Source: an uncultured Acidimicrobiaceae bacterium (GTDB lineage: Bacteria; Actinomycetota; Acidimicrobiia; Acidimicrobiales; RAAP-2). Taken from it: DNA of 52,614 bases. The stretch spans positions 1 to 52,614 of the forward strand of contig CAININ010000207.1 of the NCBI GenBank assembly GCA_903849265.1, read 5' to 3'. The notes below the pieces were generated by a model. That model was not told the origin of the DNA. It ran no database searches and saw nothing but the letters and a program-made list of their open reading frames with translations. Of the stretch, positions 26,818 to 35,557 are shown piece after piece (positions within the stretch are counted from its first letter, which is position 1; every line of letters begins with the position of its first letter). The translations under genes were made by a program, and so were the position numbers.

Positions 26818-27584
26818 GCCGGCGCCCCGCCTTCGGACGCTGGGGTAGTCGCAGAGGGCTCTGCCGTACCGAGCTGCGCCGGGGCGGCCGTCCCGAGTTC
26901 GGCCTTGAGTGCGGCCAGGTCGGCGTCGACGGTGTTGGTCGCCGATACCTGGTCGAGCTGGGCCTGGATATCGTCGACCGGATTGGTGAGATCGGTGAGC
27001 GCGCCAGACGCCAGCAGCTCGTCCATGGCACCTGCCCTGGCCTGCATGCTGTCGATCTTGTCCTGAGCCCGTTGCACGGACATGCCGGCATCACCCATCG
27101 ACTCAGAGATGCCGGAGACGGCCTCGCCGATCTTGGTCTGGGCCTCGGCCGCCGTGTAGGTGGCCTTCATGGTCTCCTTCTTGGTACGGAAGGCATCCAC
27201 CTGGACCTGGAGGTTCTGCGCGGTGGCGATCAGCTTGGCCTCTTGGGTTGCTACCTGCTGGTGCTGGGTCTGGAGCTCGTCCAACTGCGGGGCCAATGCG
27301 GCCCGACGTGCCAGCGCCTCACGAGCCAGGTCCTCTCGGTCCTGGGACAGGGCGTCCTTCGCCTGCTGCTGGAGCTTGTCGGCCTGGGCCTGGAGCTGGG
27401 TGGCCTGGAGTTCGATCCGCTTCTTGGCGGTGGTCACATCGGCCACGCTGCGGCGGACCTTCTGGAGGTTCTCCAAGAGCTTCTGATAGGAGAGGTCCAA
27501 GGACTCTCTCGGATCTTCTGCTTTGTCCAGCAGCTTGTTGGTCTTGGCCTGGAGAATTCCGGACATGCGCTTCATGACACCCAT
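26814..27584 (-). CDS. pspA: PspA/IM30 family protein (phage shock protein A-like)
   Basis: MKRMSGILQAKTNKLLDKAEDPRESLDLSYQKLLENL is a canonical PspA N-terminus, followed by long coiled coils. GAGGAAGGA Shine-Dalgarno lies upstream of ATG 27584. Confidence 0.9.
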   Translation of the reverse strand: MGVMKRMSGILQAKTNKLLDKAEDPRESLDLSYQKLLENLQKVRRSVADVTTAKKRIELQATQLQAQADKLQQQAKDALSQDREDLAREALARRAALAPQLDELQTQHQQVATQEAKLIATAQNLQVQVDAFRTKKETMKATYTAAEAQTKIGEAVSGISESMGDAGMSVQRAQDKIDSMQARAGAMDELLASGALTDLTNPVDDIQAQLDQVSATNTVDADLAALKAELGTAAPAQLGTAEPSATTPASEGGAPA

Positions 27585-27650
27585 TGGTGATGATCCTTCC
27601 TCACGCTCAATGTGCAGTGTAGGCGCCGCCATCCCGGTAGCGTGATCGCC

Positions 27651-28553
27651 GTGTCCGAATCACGCTGCATCCTGACGATCCACGCCCATCCTGACGACGA
27701 AGCCTCCAAGGGGGCGGGAACCGTCGCTAGGTATCACGCGGACGGCGTGCGCACCGTCTTGGTGTGCTGCACCGGGGGGGAAGAGGGGGAGATCCTCAAT
27801 CCGGCCCTCGACACCCCCGAGGTGCACGGCAACCTCGCCGCCGTGCGCCGTGAGGAGCTCGCTCGGGCCACGGAGATCATCGGGTACGACGAGGTGGTGA
27901 TGCTCGGCTACCGCGACTCTGGGATGGCGGATTCCGAGGCGAACGCCAACCCGGACTGCTTTGCCGCCGCACCGCTGCAGGAGGCCGTCGAACGACTGGT
28001 AGCGATCGTCCGCCGCACCCGTCCCCAGGTCATGGTCATCTACGGCGACGATCAGACCGGCTATCCGCATCCGGATCACCTGCGGGTGCACGACGCCGGG
28101 CTGGCTGCATTCCAGGCCGCCGGGGACCCGCTGCAGTTCGTCGATGCCGGACCGGCCTACCAGCCGGCAAAGCTCTATTACACCGTCCATTCGGCGGCCC
28201 GGTTCCGAGCCATCCACGACAAGTTCGAGGAACTCGGGCTCGAGTCACCGTTCGATGAGGCTTGGCGCGATCGGTGGGACTCAATGCCCGAAGACGTGCC
28301 GACGGCGGTCGTCGACATCACCGGCTATACCGACGTCCGGCGCCTGGCCCTACTGGCCCATGCCACGCAGGTCGACCCCGAGTCGAAGTTCTGGTTCGGG
28401 CTTCCGCCCGAGGTCATGGGGACGATCCAGCCCCACGACGACTACCGCCTGGCGCTGATCGGTGCGCCGAACGGCACCGTGTCCGCCGTCGATTGGGATG
28501 GAGTGGTGGAGGTCGATCTGTTTGCTTCTGTCGACGCGCGGGTGGGCAGTTGA
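27651..28553 (+). CDS. mca: Mycothiol S-conjugate amidase-like PIG-L/LmbE family enzyme
   Basis: ILTIHAHPDDEASKGAGTVARY..DGV.TVLV.CTGGEEGEILNPALD and GYPHPDH closely resemble the M. tuberculosis Mca N-terminus as recalled. The start could be GTG 27612, 27642 or 27651. Confidence 0.78.
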   Translation: MSESRCILTIHAHPDDEASKGAGTVARYHADGVRTVLVCCTGGEEGEILNPALDTPEVHGNLAAVRREELARATEIIGYDEVVMLGYRDSGMADSEANANPDCFAAAPLQEAVERLVAIVRRTRPQVMVIYGDDQTGYPHPDHLRVHDAGLAAFQAAGDPLQFVDAGPAYQPAKLYYTVHSAARFRAIHDKFEELGLESPFDEAWRDRWDSMPEDVPTAVVDITGYTDVRRLALLAHATQVDPESKFWFGLPPEVMGTIQPHDDYRLALIGAPNGTVSAVDWDGVVEVDLFASVDARVGS

Positions 28554-28936
28554 GCACCTGGCTGACCGAGCAGTGGGTAGCCACCGTGCTGGCCGAGTCC
28601 GGCGATCTTGCCGGCCCTTCGACATTGTCGGGACGGATCCAGGTCGATGTGACCGGGGGCGACGACGGGGACACGGCGTTTTCTCTCGAGTTCGCGGGTG
28701 GGAAGCTCGTCGGCAGCGCGATGGGGCCGGGGGATGCACCTGATGCCGTCCTCACTCTGACGGATGTGGATGCGCAGGCAGTTCTGGCCGGTGACCTCGA
28801 CTCGAGCGTGGCGTTCATGCAGGGCCGGATGAAGGTGGGCGGCGACATGGCGATCGTCCTCGACGTGCTGGCCATGTCCGCGACCGACGACGCTCGGGCG
28901 AGCCGCAGTCGGATCGCAGCGGCTACAGCGGGCTGA
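28550..28936 (+). CDS. SCP2 sterol-binding-domain protein
   Basis: TLTDVDAQAVLAGDLDSSVAFMQGRMKVGGDMAIVLDVL is SCP2-like. TTG 28550 overlaps the mca stop (TTGA). The start is uncertain. Confidence 0.62.
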   Translation: MSTWLTEQWVATVLAESGDLAGPSTLSGRIQVDVTGGDDGDTAFSLEFAGGKLVGSAMGPGDAPDAVLTLTDVDAQAVLAGDLDSSVAFMQGRMKVGGDMAIVLDVLAMSATDDARASRSRIAAATAG

Positions 28937-29669
28937 GCAACGGCACCGCCGGCCCTGCCGTCGAACTGCTACTTCCGAGGTAGGGCAAGTGGATCACCCC
29001 TGCACTCTGCAGCAGGATCGCCGTGACTGCAGCGGCGATCACCACCACCATGAGCACCATCAGCCACGGTCGGACGCGGCTCCACGTCGACCGTCCGGAT
29101 GCGGAACCGTGCAGGCTGCGCCCGGCTGCCACCGTGGTGACCGTCGACACGCCGGACGGGCCCTGGTGATGGATGGTGAACTCGGTGATCCGGGGAGCGA
29201 GCTCGGATGCCTGTGCACCAGAGCGCAGGAAGCGGTAGGTGCCGGTGCGCGTCTGGATGCTGATGAGTGCGCCGGCGTCGGCGTGAGGGAGCAGGTGACT
29301 GCTCGTGACAGTTCCGGCCAAGGCGCGCCCGACGGGGTCGGTCTCGAGGGATTCCGACGGTTCGTCCCGAGGCGGAGTGGCCTCGACCCACCACTCGGGG
29401 ATCACCCCGCCGGCCCAGGGTTCGACGGCATGTGTGATGACCGAATCCCAGGGCAGCACCCGAGGGGCTTGGCCGTGGATGCGGACAACTCCGATGCCAT
29501 CGTCGTCGAACGTCAGGGATTCGACGGACGTAGGCGCGTTGCCGTGCGGGTCGAGTAGGAGCAGCCCGGTGATGACCAGGGGGCGGGGTCCCGGTCCGGA
29601 CGCCGGACCAGGAACCTCAGCGGCGGCGTCAGCGTTGGCGACGACGTTCGAGCTCACGTCAGGGCTCAC
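28923..29669 (-). CDS. Hypothetical protein with a C-terminal TM anchor
   Basis: 248 aa with RVRPWLMVLMVVVIAAAVTAILL near the C-terminus. Its start overlaps the stop of the upstream deacetylase gene. No family recognised. Confidence 0.5.
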   Translation of the reverse strand: MSPDVSSNVVANADAAAEVPGPASGPGPRPLVITGLLLLDPHGNAPTSVESLTFDDDGIGVVRIHGQAPRVLPWDSVITHAVEPWAGGVIPEWWVEATPPRDEPSESLETDPVGRALAGTVTSSHLLPHADAGALISIQTRTGTYRFLRSGAQASELAPRITEFTIHHQGPSGVSTVTTVAAGRSLHGSASGRSTWSRVRPWLMVLMVVVIAAAVTAILLQSAGVIHLPYLGSSSSTAGPAVPLLSPL

Positions 29670-30508
29670 GCCCGTGCTGTTGCCCGCATGGCCTCGCGCA
29701 AGGGCCGGTAGCCGATCGTCTTCGCACCAGTGGACGCCACTGCGGACGCCACTTCGGCATCGCCGACGAGAAGGGTCAGGTCGGCCACCTGGGCCTCCCA
29801 GTCAGATGATGCTGCTCGCAACTCGGGAGTATCCACTGCAGGGTGCAGCGTGATCTCGGTCACGCCGGGCTGCAGCGAGTGCAAGAGATCCAGAAGGACG
29901 GCACGCCCACCCCGGTCCGGCACTGTGAAGGCGTGGTCGGCGAAGAGGACGCCTTCCTCAGCGGCAAGGTGGCGGATGGGGAAGCCGACATTCGGTTCGA
30001 CACCGGCATCTGGGAGTCGGAGGGGCAGACCGAAGTCGACGGCGAGCTCCAGGTAGATGTCGAAGAATTCAGGCCGGAGCAGCAGGGCGTCCATGTGGGC
30101 ATCGAGATGGCTGATGTCGAAGCCCCAAAGGACGGCCCGCTCCACCTGAGCGCGGCATTCGCGGCGCACCTCGTCGAGGTCGGCGTGGTCCCAGACGTCG
30201 GTGATCGTGCGAGGAAAGCCGCCATCACCGTCGAGGAGCGATGGGGCCTGTGTGATCGGCCCCCATCGGTAGAGGTCGTGCTCGGCATTGAGGGTCAGGC
30301 GAACGCCGATGTCGTCTCCCCGGAACCGGGACGCCGCTTCTCGGGCCCACGGGGCGGGTACGAGCAGGGATGCCGAGGTGGCCAGCCCCTCGCGCAACGC
30401 CTGGTAGACCCCGGTGCTTGCCGACTGGCAGAAGCCGAGGTCGGCGCAGTTCAGGATCAGGAAGCGGGCATCTGGGCCAGCCCCGAGACGTTGGGCCACG
30501 GTCGCCAT
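29666..30508 (-). CDS. ChbG/HpnK (YdjC-like) carbohydrate deacetylase family protein
   Basis: FLILNCADLGFC.S...GV..A...G..TSASLLVPAPW...GVRLTLNAEH...ISHLDAHMD is the YdjC-family pattern. Confidence 0.8.
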   Translation of the reverse strand: MATVAQRLGAGPDARFLILNCADLGFCQSASTGVYQALREGLATSASLLVPAPWAREAASRFRGDDIGVRLTLNAEHDLYRWGPITQAPSLLDGDGGFPRTITDVWDHADLDEVRRECRAQVERAVLWGFDISHLDAHMDALLLRPEFFDIYLELAVDFGLPLRLPDAGVEPNVGFPIRHLAAEEGVLFADHAFTVPDRGGRAVLLDLLHSLQPGVTEITLHPAVDTPELRAASSDWEAQVADLTLLVGDAEVASAVASTGAKTIGYRPLREAMRATARA

Positions 30509-30532
30509 ACCCCGACCGTAGTCGGCACCTGG

Positions 30533-30802
30533 TCAGGCGGCGCGATCGGGCGTCCGTCGAGAGGTCGAGGCATCAGTGCCTCGGCCGGGACCGGTCCGCC
30601 TACTCGAGGAGGAGTGGAGCCGGGCACGGGCGGCGGCGATCCCCATGCGTCCGACCATGCGGGTGTGCTCGTCGAGCCGCCAGTCAGCGTCGGGGTCGGG
30701 TGATGGCGCTGATCGGGCCGCTCCTTCGCCCTCCGCATCGATGTCGACCAGGGGAAGTCGGGGTTGGTGCCCGCTGATCCGGGCCTCGAGGTTCTGGGTC
30801 AT
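30533..30802 (-). CDS. Possible small protein (89 aa), hypothetical
   Basis: ATG 30802 with high GC3 in the first two-thirds. Motif DWRLDEHTRMVGRMGIAAARARL. Lies 24 nt upstream of the YdjC-like gene. Support is weak. Confidence 0.35.
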   Translation of the reverse strand: MTQNLEARISGHQPRLPLVDIDAEGEGAARSAPSPDPDADWRLDEHTRMVGRMGIAAARARLHSSSSRRTGPGRGTDASTSRRTPDRAA

Positions 30803-30838
30803 GGGACCAGTGTGCACGGAGGGTGTATTACGGGGGCC

Positions 30839-31837
30839 ATGACCCAGGCCGAAACGAACCTCGATCCCACAATCTCCAGCTCGCCCGGCGCACGGTATGG
30901 AATCACCGTGCCCTTCGACGGAGTTCCGCTGACGGAGCACCGCCGGTGGTACCAGGACCTTCTGAATCTCGGATACACCGACGTCTGGTCAGCCGAGACC
31001 GATGGACTGGACGGCTTCACCCCGCTGGCTCTGGCGGCGGCGTGGACGCCTGAGCTGCAGTTGGGGGTGGCAATCATCCCGGCCTATACCCGCGGACCGG
31101 CTCTGCTGGCCCAAAGCGTGGCGGCCATGGCCGAGGCCGCTCCTGGGCACTTCACCTTCGGACTTGGCACCTCATCGGACGTCATCGTGTCGAAGTGGAA
31201 CGGCGTGCCGTTCACCGAGCCCTACAAGCGGGTCCGGGACACCATCGCCTTCTTGCGCTCCGCCCTGTCGGGCGAGAAGGTCGACATGGCGTACGACACC
31301 TTCGAGGTGAAGGGCTTCCGGCTGGCCCGCCCAGTCGAGCAGCCGCCGCCGATCTTCCTGGCCGCGCTCCGCCCGGGCATGCTGCGCCTCGCCGGACGGG
31401 CCGCTGATGGTGTGATCATCAACTGGCTGTCCGCCACCGACGTCGCCACTGTCACGCCCGAGCTGGGGGCCGACATCCCGGTGGCAGCACGGATCTTCGT
31501 GATCCCGTCGGAAGACGCCGACATGGCACGCGCCATCGGGCGCCGGATGATCACGGCATACCTGAACGTTGGGGTCTATGCCGAGTTCCATCGCTGGCTC
31601 GGCCGGGGTGATGCTCTGACTCCGATGTGGGACCTGTGGAAGGCGGGGGACCGCAAAGGCGCCTTGGCGGCCATTCCTGACGAGGTGGTCGACGAGCTCA
31701 TCGTGCACGGCTCCTATGCGCAGTGCCGCGAGCACGTGACCCGCTATGTGGCCAACGGCGTCGACATCCCTGTGCTCGCAGTCCTGCCGTTCGGGGTGGA
31801 CTTGGCTGATGCGGTCGAGGGGCTCGCTCCCCGTTAG
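30839..31837 (+). CDS. LLM-class F420-dependent oxidoreductase
   Basis: GITVPFDGVPL.EH......LLNLGYTDVWSAE..G.DGFTPLA.AAAWTPELQLGVAIIP...R.PALLAQ...... pattern. Start at ATG 30839. Confidence 0.85.
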   Translation: MTQAETNLDPTISSSPGARYGITVPFDGVPLTEHRRWYQDLLNLGYTDVWSAETDGLDGFTPLALAAAWTPELQLGVAIIPAYTRGPALLAQSVAAMAEAAPGHFTFGLGTSSDVIVSKWNGVPFTEPYKRVRDTIAFLRSALSGEKVDMAYDTFEVKGFRLARPVEQPPPIFLAALRPGMLRLAGRAADGVIINWLSATDVATVTPELGADIPVAARIFVIPSEDADMARAIGRRMITAYLNVGVYAEFHRWLGRGDALTPMWDLWKAGDRKGALAAIPDEVVDELIVHGSYAQCREHVTRYVANGVDIPVLAVLPFGVDLADAVEGLAPR

Positions 31838-31908
31838 GGGGACCGGCCCAAGGCCAGCGTTCGCAGGACGCCGGGGTTCTTGGCATGGGCCCGGACCTGT
31901 CTGGTGAA

Positions 31909-32493
31909 TCAGCCGCCCGAGGTTGCCGGGCATACTCCCTTGGCGAACGTGCTCAGGGTCGCGTTTGCGCTGGAGAAGCCGTTGGTCGACTCGACCGAGG
32001 CCGCGGCCCGGGTGAATCCCTCCATGCTGGTGGCGGTGGCCGCTGCCTGGAACAGCTGGTCCACCTGGGGCTGCAGCGAGGCCCAGGCCTTCTGCACGAT
32101 GGTTGGCGCAGAAGCGAGGTCGGCGGTGATCTTGGGCGCCACCTTGTCGAAGTCAGCCTTGGACTGCTTGGCGTAGGACTGGAGGGCGCTCAGGCTTGCC
32201 GAGCTGCTTCCGGCCGACTGCTCGGCCGTGACGAGCCCTTGCTCCTGCTTGGAGAAGGTGGCGATGTCGGCGCAGAGTCCAGATGGCGCAGTACCCCCAA
32301 CGGAGGTGGTCGGCGATCCATGGGCCGTTGTCGTCGTCGAAACTCCGGCCCCGGGCGTCATCGTTGCCGTGGTCGTCGAGACGCTGGCCCCGGTGGTCGT
32401 GGGGGCCGACGAGGATGAAGTGGAGCCGCAGGCGGAAAGTCCGAGTGCGCCGAGCGCCAGGATCGCCAGGGTGGCCGTGTGTCGCTTCTGCAT
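31909..32493 (-). CDS. Hypothetical lipoprotein
   Basis: MQKRHTATLAILALGALGLSAC lipobox, then a Ser/Thr-rich linker. GGAGGA lies 7 nt upstream of ATG 32493. Confidence 0.62.
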   Translation of the reverse strand: MQKRHTATLAILALGALGLSACGSTSSSSAPTTTGASVSTTTATMTPGAGVSTTTTAHGSPTTSVGGTAPSGLCADIATFSKQEQGLVTAEQSAGSSSASLSALQSYAKQSKADFDKVAPKITADLASAPTIVQKAWASLQPQVDQLFQAAATATSMEGFTRAAASVESTNGFSSANATLSTFAKGVCPATSGG

Positions 32494-32618
32494 CCGGTGT
32501 TCCTCCATCATCTTCACCTAGCGGCCCACGGCCACACTGCTGTCATCCACGCAGAACGCTACCCCTCGCTCCAGGCCCACGGATGGGCAGGGCGGCGAAG
32601 TGATTGCTGCCGTCCGGC

Positions 32619-33113
32619 TCAAGCCTGCGTGTACCGGCTGATGACTTCGGCGTCCATGTCACGGACCTGATCGGCCAGATTGGCGATGAAGCGCTCCAAC
32701 TCGGCTGCTATCCGGGCATCGGACAGGGCGATGATGCGGATGGCGAGCAGTGCGGCGTTGCGGGCGCCGTTGACCGCCACTGTGGCCACCGGGATGCCCT
32801 TCGGCATCTGCACCATGGCCAGCAGCGAGTCGAGACCGCCGAGGTTGGCGAGCGCAACCGGGACGCCGATCACCGGGAGCGGGGTGGTGGCAGCCACCAC
32901 GCCGGCAAGGTGAGCAGCACCGCCGGCGGCGGCGATGATCACTTGGACCCCGTTGCCTGCGGCCTCACGGGCGAAGGCGATGGTGTCGTCGGGCGTGCGG
33001 TGGGCCGACAGTACGCGGACCTCGACGGGGATGTCGAAGGACCGCAGTGTCTGGACGGCATCGTCCATGATGGACGCGTCGGATGAACTTCCCATGATGA
33101 TGGCAACTGACAT
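32619..33113 (-). CDS. purE: 5-(carboxyamino)imidazole ribonucleotide mutase
   Basis: [10 protein letters not shown]...[10 protein letters not shown]...[26 protein letters not shown] is canonical PurE. The long N-terminal part of the 452-aa ORF is antisense to the next gene. Confidence 0.93.
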   Translation of the reverse strand: MSVAIIMGSSSDASIMDDAVQTLRSFDIPVEVRVLSAHRTPDDTIAFAREAAGNGVQVIIAAAGGAAHLAGVVAATTPLPVIGVPVALANLGGLDSLLAMVQMPKGIPVATVAVNGARNAALLAIRIIALSDARIAAELERFIANLADQVRDMDAEVISRYTQA

Positions 33114-33275
33114 GCGCTCATTCTGCATGAAGCACGCGGCGAAGGCACATCGGGTGCCCATCTGGCGGTGGCCTGTCCGCTCGCCCGGTACGGTTAAGGA
33201 TTGGTTCGGAGCCGCACCTCGGATTCTCCGGCCGGTGTCGCCCGTTCGGCGGCAAACGACAAGAAATGAGGACCG

Positions 33276-34181
33276 ATGCGCATCGGCGTGATGTTCGATA
33301 CCGAAAAGCCGTTCGACGATGTGGTGGGCCAGGTGGCCGCACTCGCCGAGGCGGGGATGGAGACGGCATGGTCGTCCCAGATCTTCGCTCTCGATGCACT
33401 GACCGCCATCGCTGCCATCTCGCGTGAGGTGCCCGGTATCCAGTTCGGCACAGCCGTAGTCCCGACCTATCCGCGGCACCCGGTGATGTTGGGCGCTCAG
33501 GCACTCACCGTCCAGGCGGCCAGCGGTGGGCGCCTGACCCTCGGTATCGGACTCTCTCACCAGATGGTCATCGAGAACGTGTTCGGCATGTCCTTCGACA
33601 AGCCGGCGCGGCACATGCGTGAGTACCTGGAGATCCTGATGCCGGTGCTGGCAGGGGAGCAGGTCACGTTCGCCGGAGAGACGCTCAGCGCGTCGACGTT
33701 CGGGCCGATCCAGGTTGCCGCCCCGGCTCCAGATGTCCTGGTTGCCGCGCTCGGCACGGTCATGTTGAACATCGCTGGCCGCATGGCCGCAGGGACCATC
33801 ACCTGGATGACCGGTCCTGCCACCGTCGAAGAGCACATCATCCCGACGATCAACGCCGCTGCCGCCGAGGCCGGTCGTCCCACGCCCCGGATCGGAGTCG
33901 GACTCCCGGTGTGCGTGACCGACGACGCCGCCGCCGCCCGGGCGACGGCAGCCGAAGTCTTCGCCGTCTACGGCCACCTGCCGTCGTATCGGGCCATGCT
34001 CGACCGCGAAGGTGCAGCAGGACCTGCCGACGTGGCCATCGTGGGCACGGCTTCCGAGGTGGCCGACCAGGTTCGCCGTCTCGCGGACATCGGGACGACC
34101 GACTTCTGCGGCGCTCCGTTCGGAAGTGGTGCCGAAATACGGGCATCGATCGACACGCTGTCCGGGATCGTAGGCATCTGA
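33276..34181 (+). CDS. LLM-class F420-dependent oxidoreductase
   Basis: MRIGVMF...AEAGMETAWSSQIF.LDALTAIAAI.REVPGIQFGTAVVPTYPRHP..LG.QALT......GGRLTLGIGLSH pattern. Confidence 0.85.
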   Translation: MRIGVMFDTEKPFDDVVGQVAALAEAGMETAWSSQIFALDALTAIAAISREVPGIQFGTAVVPTYPRHPVMLGAQALTVQAASGGRLTLGIGLSHQMVIENVFGMSFDKPARHMREYLEILMPVLAGEQVTFAGETLSASTFGPIQVAAPAPDVLVAALGTVMLNIAGRMAAGTITWMTGPATVEEHIIPTINAAAAEAGRPTPRIGVGLPVCVTDDAAAARATAAEVFAVYGHLPSYRAMLDREGAAGPADVAIVGTASEVADQVRRLADIGTTDFCGAPFGSGAEIRASIDTLSGIVGI

Positions 34182-34295
34182 CGCGTCTCGTCATCCCGGA
34201 GGTCGCTACCCGATCCGGTGCAGCCTGACCCGTGCGACCTGACCGGCACTGCCTGATCGGACGCCGTGTCGGTCAGTGGGTGGCCGCTGTGTCTG

Positions 34296-34901
34296 TCAGC
34301 GAGACAGGCGGGTGTGCTTGAACTCGTTCAGTTCGGGGCTGCCCTCGATGAGGCCGAGGATCCGGTCGATCGTGGAGCGGGCCAGGGCACTATCGCCACC
34401 GGGCCGGTTCATGAGTCGGGCGAACACGGCGTCCTCTTCGACGACGAAGGTCGGCACGCCGAACACATCGAGCTCTTCGACGCAGCGCTCGTGCTCCTTG
34501 CGGATTACCTCCGCGGGCCACCCGGCGTCCACCTCGGCGAGCACTGCGTCGGCGTCGACCCCGGTGCGGGCCAGAGCGGCATGCACCACCGATCGGTCGC
34601 GGAGGTCTGCGGCCTCGTCGTGACGGGCGGTGAACAGCGACCGATGCACGGCTAGGAAGTGCTCGGGAAAGCGGTCCCGGACCGCGACGCCGGCCGCCAA
34701 AGCAAAAAGATCAGACTGGTGGGCAGGGTCGCCCCAGGTGTTCTGGCCTTCGGTGCCCATCCCCTGGTTGAGGAAGTACGCGACGAACGTCACATCCCAC
34801 TCGGCCCCGCCTTCCAAGCCGTCGAGGATGTGCTCGTGCCCGTTGCGGGCGAATGGACAGCGGTAGTCCCAGGTCACGGCGAAGGACAGCGGGGTGGTCA
34901 T
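34296..34901 (-). CDS. DsbA-family thioredoxin-fold protein (single-Cys CPFA motif)
   Basis: LSFAVTWDYRCPFARNGHEHIL...VFGVPTFVV pattern. Start is ATG 34901 or ATG 34940. Confidence 0.68.
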   Translation of the reverse strand: MTTPLSFAVTWDYRCPFARNGHEHILDGLEGGAEWDVTFVAYFLNQGMGTEGQNTWGDPAHQSDLFALAAGVAVRDRFPEHFLAVHRSLFTARHDEAADLRDRSVVHAALARTGVDADAVLAEVDAGWPAEVIRKEHERCVEELDVFGVPTFVVEEDAVFARLMNRPGGDSALARSTIDRILGLIEGSPELNEFKHTRLSR

Positions 34902-34978
34902 GCCACGGACAACCCCCAAGAAGGAGGTTCCATTCCTCATGGCCTGGCCCGAGGGTTGCAGGACGGGTACGTCGTCGA

Positions 34979-35557
34979 TCAGCGGAAGCGGCGGACGACG
35001 AGCCCCAGCGCAGTGCCGATGACGACCCCGCCGACCACGTCGGAGGCGTGGTGGGCTCGTAGGTGGATCCGGCTCACGCCGATGAGGCCCGCAGCCGAAT
35101 ACAAGAAGGCGTTGCCCGAACGGTCACCTGGGCGACTCAGCACGGCCGCCGCACAGAACGCCGCCAGGGTGTGCCCGCTCGGGAAGCTGCTGGTCTTGGG
35201 CTCTCGCACCGGAACCCCGGCGTTCGAGATCCGCAGGTCTGTCTGGTCGGGTCGCTCCCGCCCGACCACCTGCTTGATGCCCGTGTTGACCAAGGTCGAG
35301 GACACCCCTGCGACCCCCAGGGCGCGGATGGACGCCCGCCGCGTCGGTCCCGACCGTCGACCCCGCCACATAGCAATACCTGTCCACAGCACGCCGTGGT
35401 CCCCGAGTCCGGTGATCACCTTGGCTACTGCATCGATCGATGGGACACCGCGCAGCGGCTCGAACAGCCGGTCCACCCTGTCGTCGGCCGCATCGACCAC
35501 GGCGAGGAACCCTGACGCCGACGCCCGCCCGGCTGTTTCCTGTTCGGGACCGCTCAT
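34979..35557 (-). CDS. PAP2-family phosphatase
   Basis: KQVVGRERP, SFPSGHT and SRIHLRAHHASDV are the three PAP2 motifs. Confidence 0.85.
   Translation of the reverse strand: MSGPEQETAGRASASGFLAVVDAADDRVDRLFEPLRGVPSIDAVAKVITGLGDHGVLWTGIAMWRGRRSGPTRRASIRALGVAGVSSTLVNTGIKQVVGRERPDQTDLRISNAGVPVREPKTSSFPSGHTLAAFCAAAVLSRPGDRSGNAFLYSAAGLIGVSRIHLRAHHASDVVGGVVIGTALGLVVRRFR

Noticed and set aside
33114-33977. Long N-terminal extension of the purE ORF (452 aa in the ORF track)
   Set aside because: PurE is about 160 aa, and its canonical N-terminus ([12 protein letters not shown]) begins at 33113. The extension is antisense to a well-supported LLM oxidoreductase gene.
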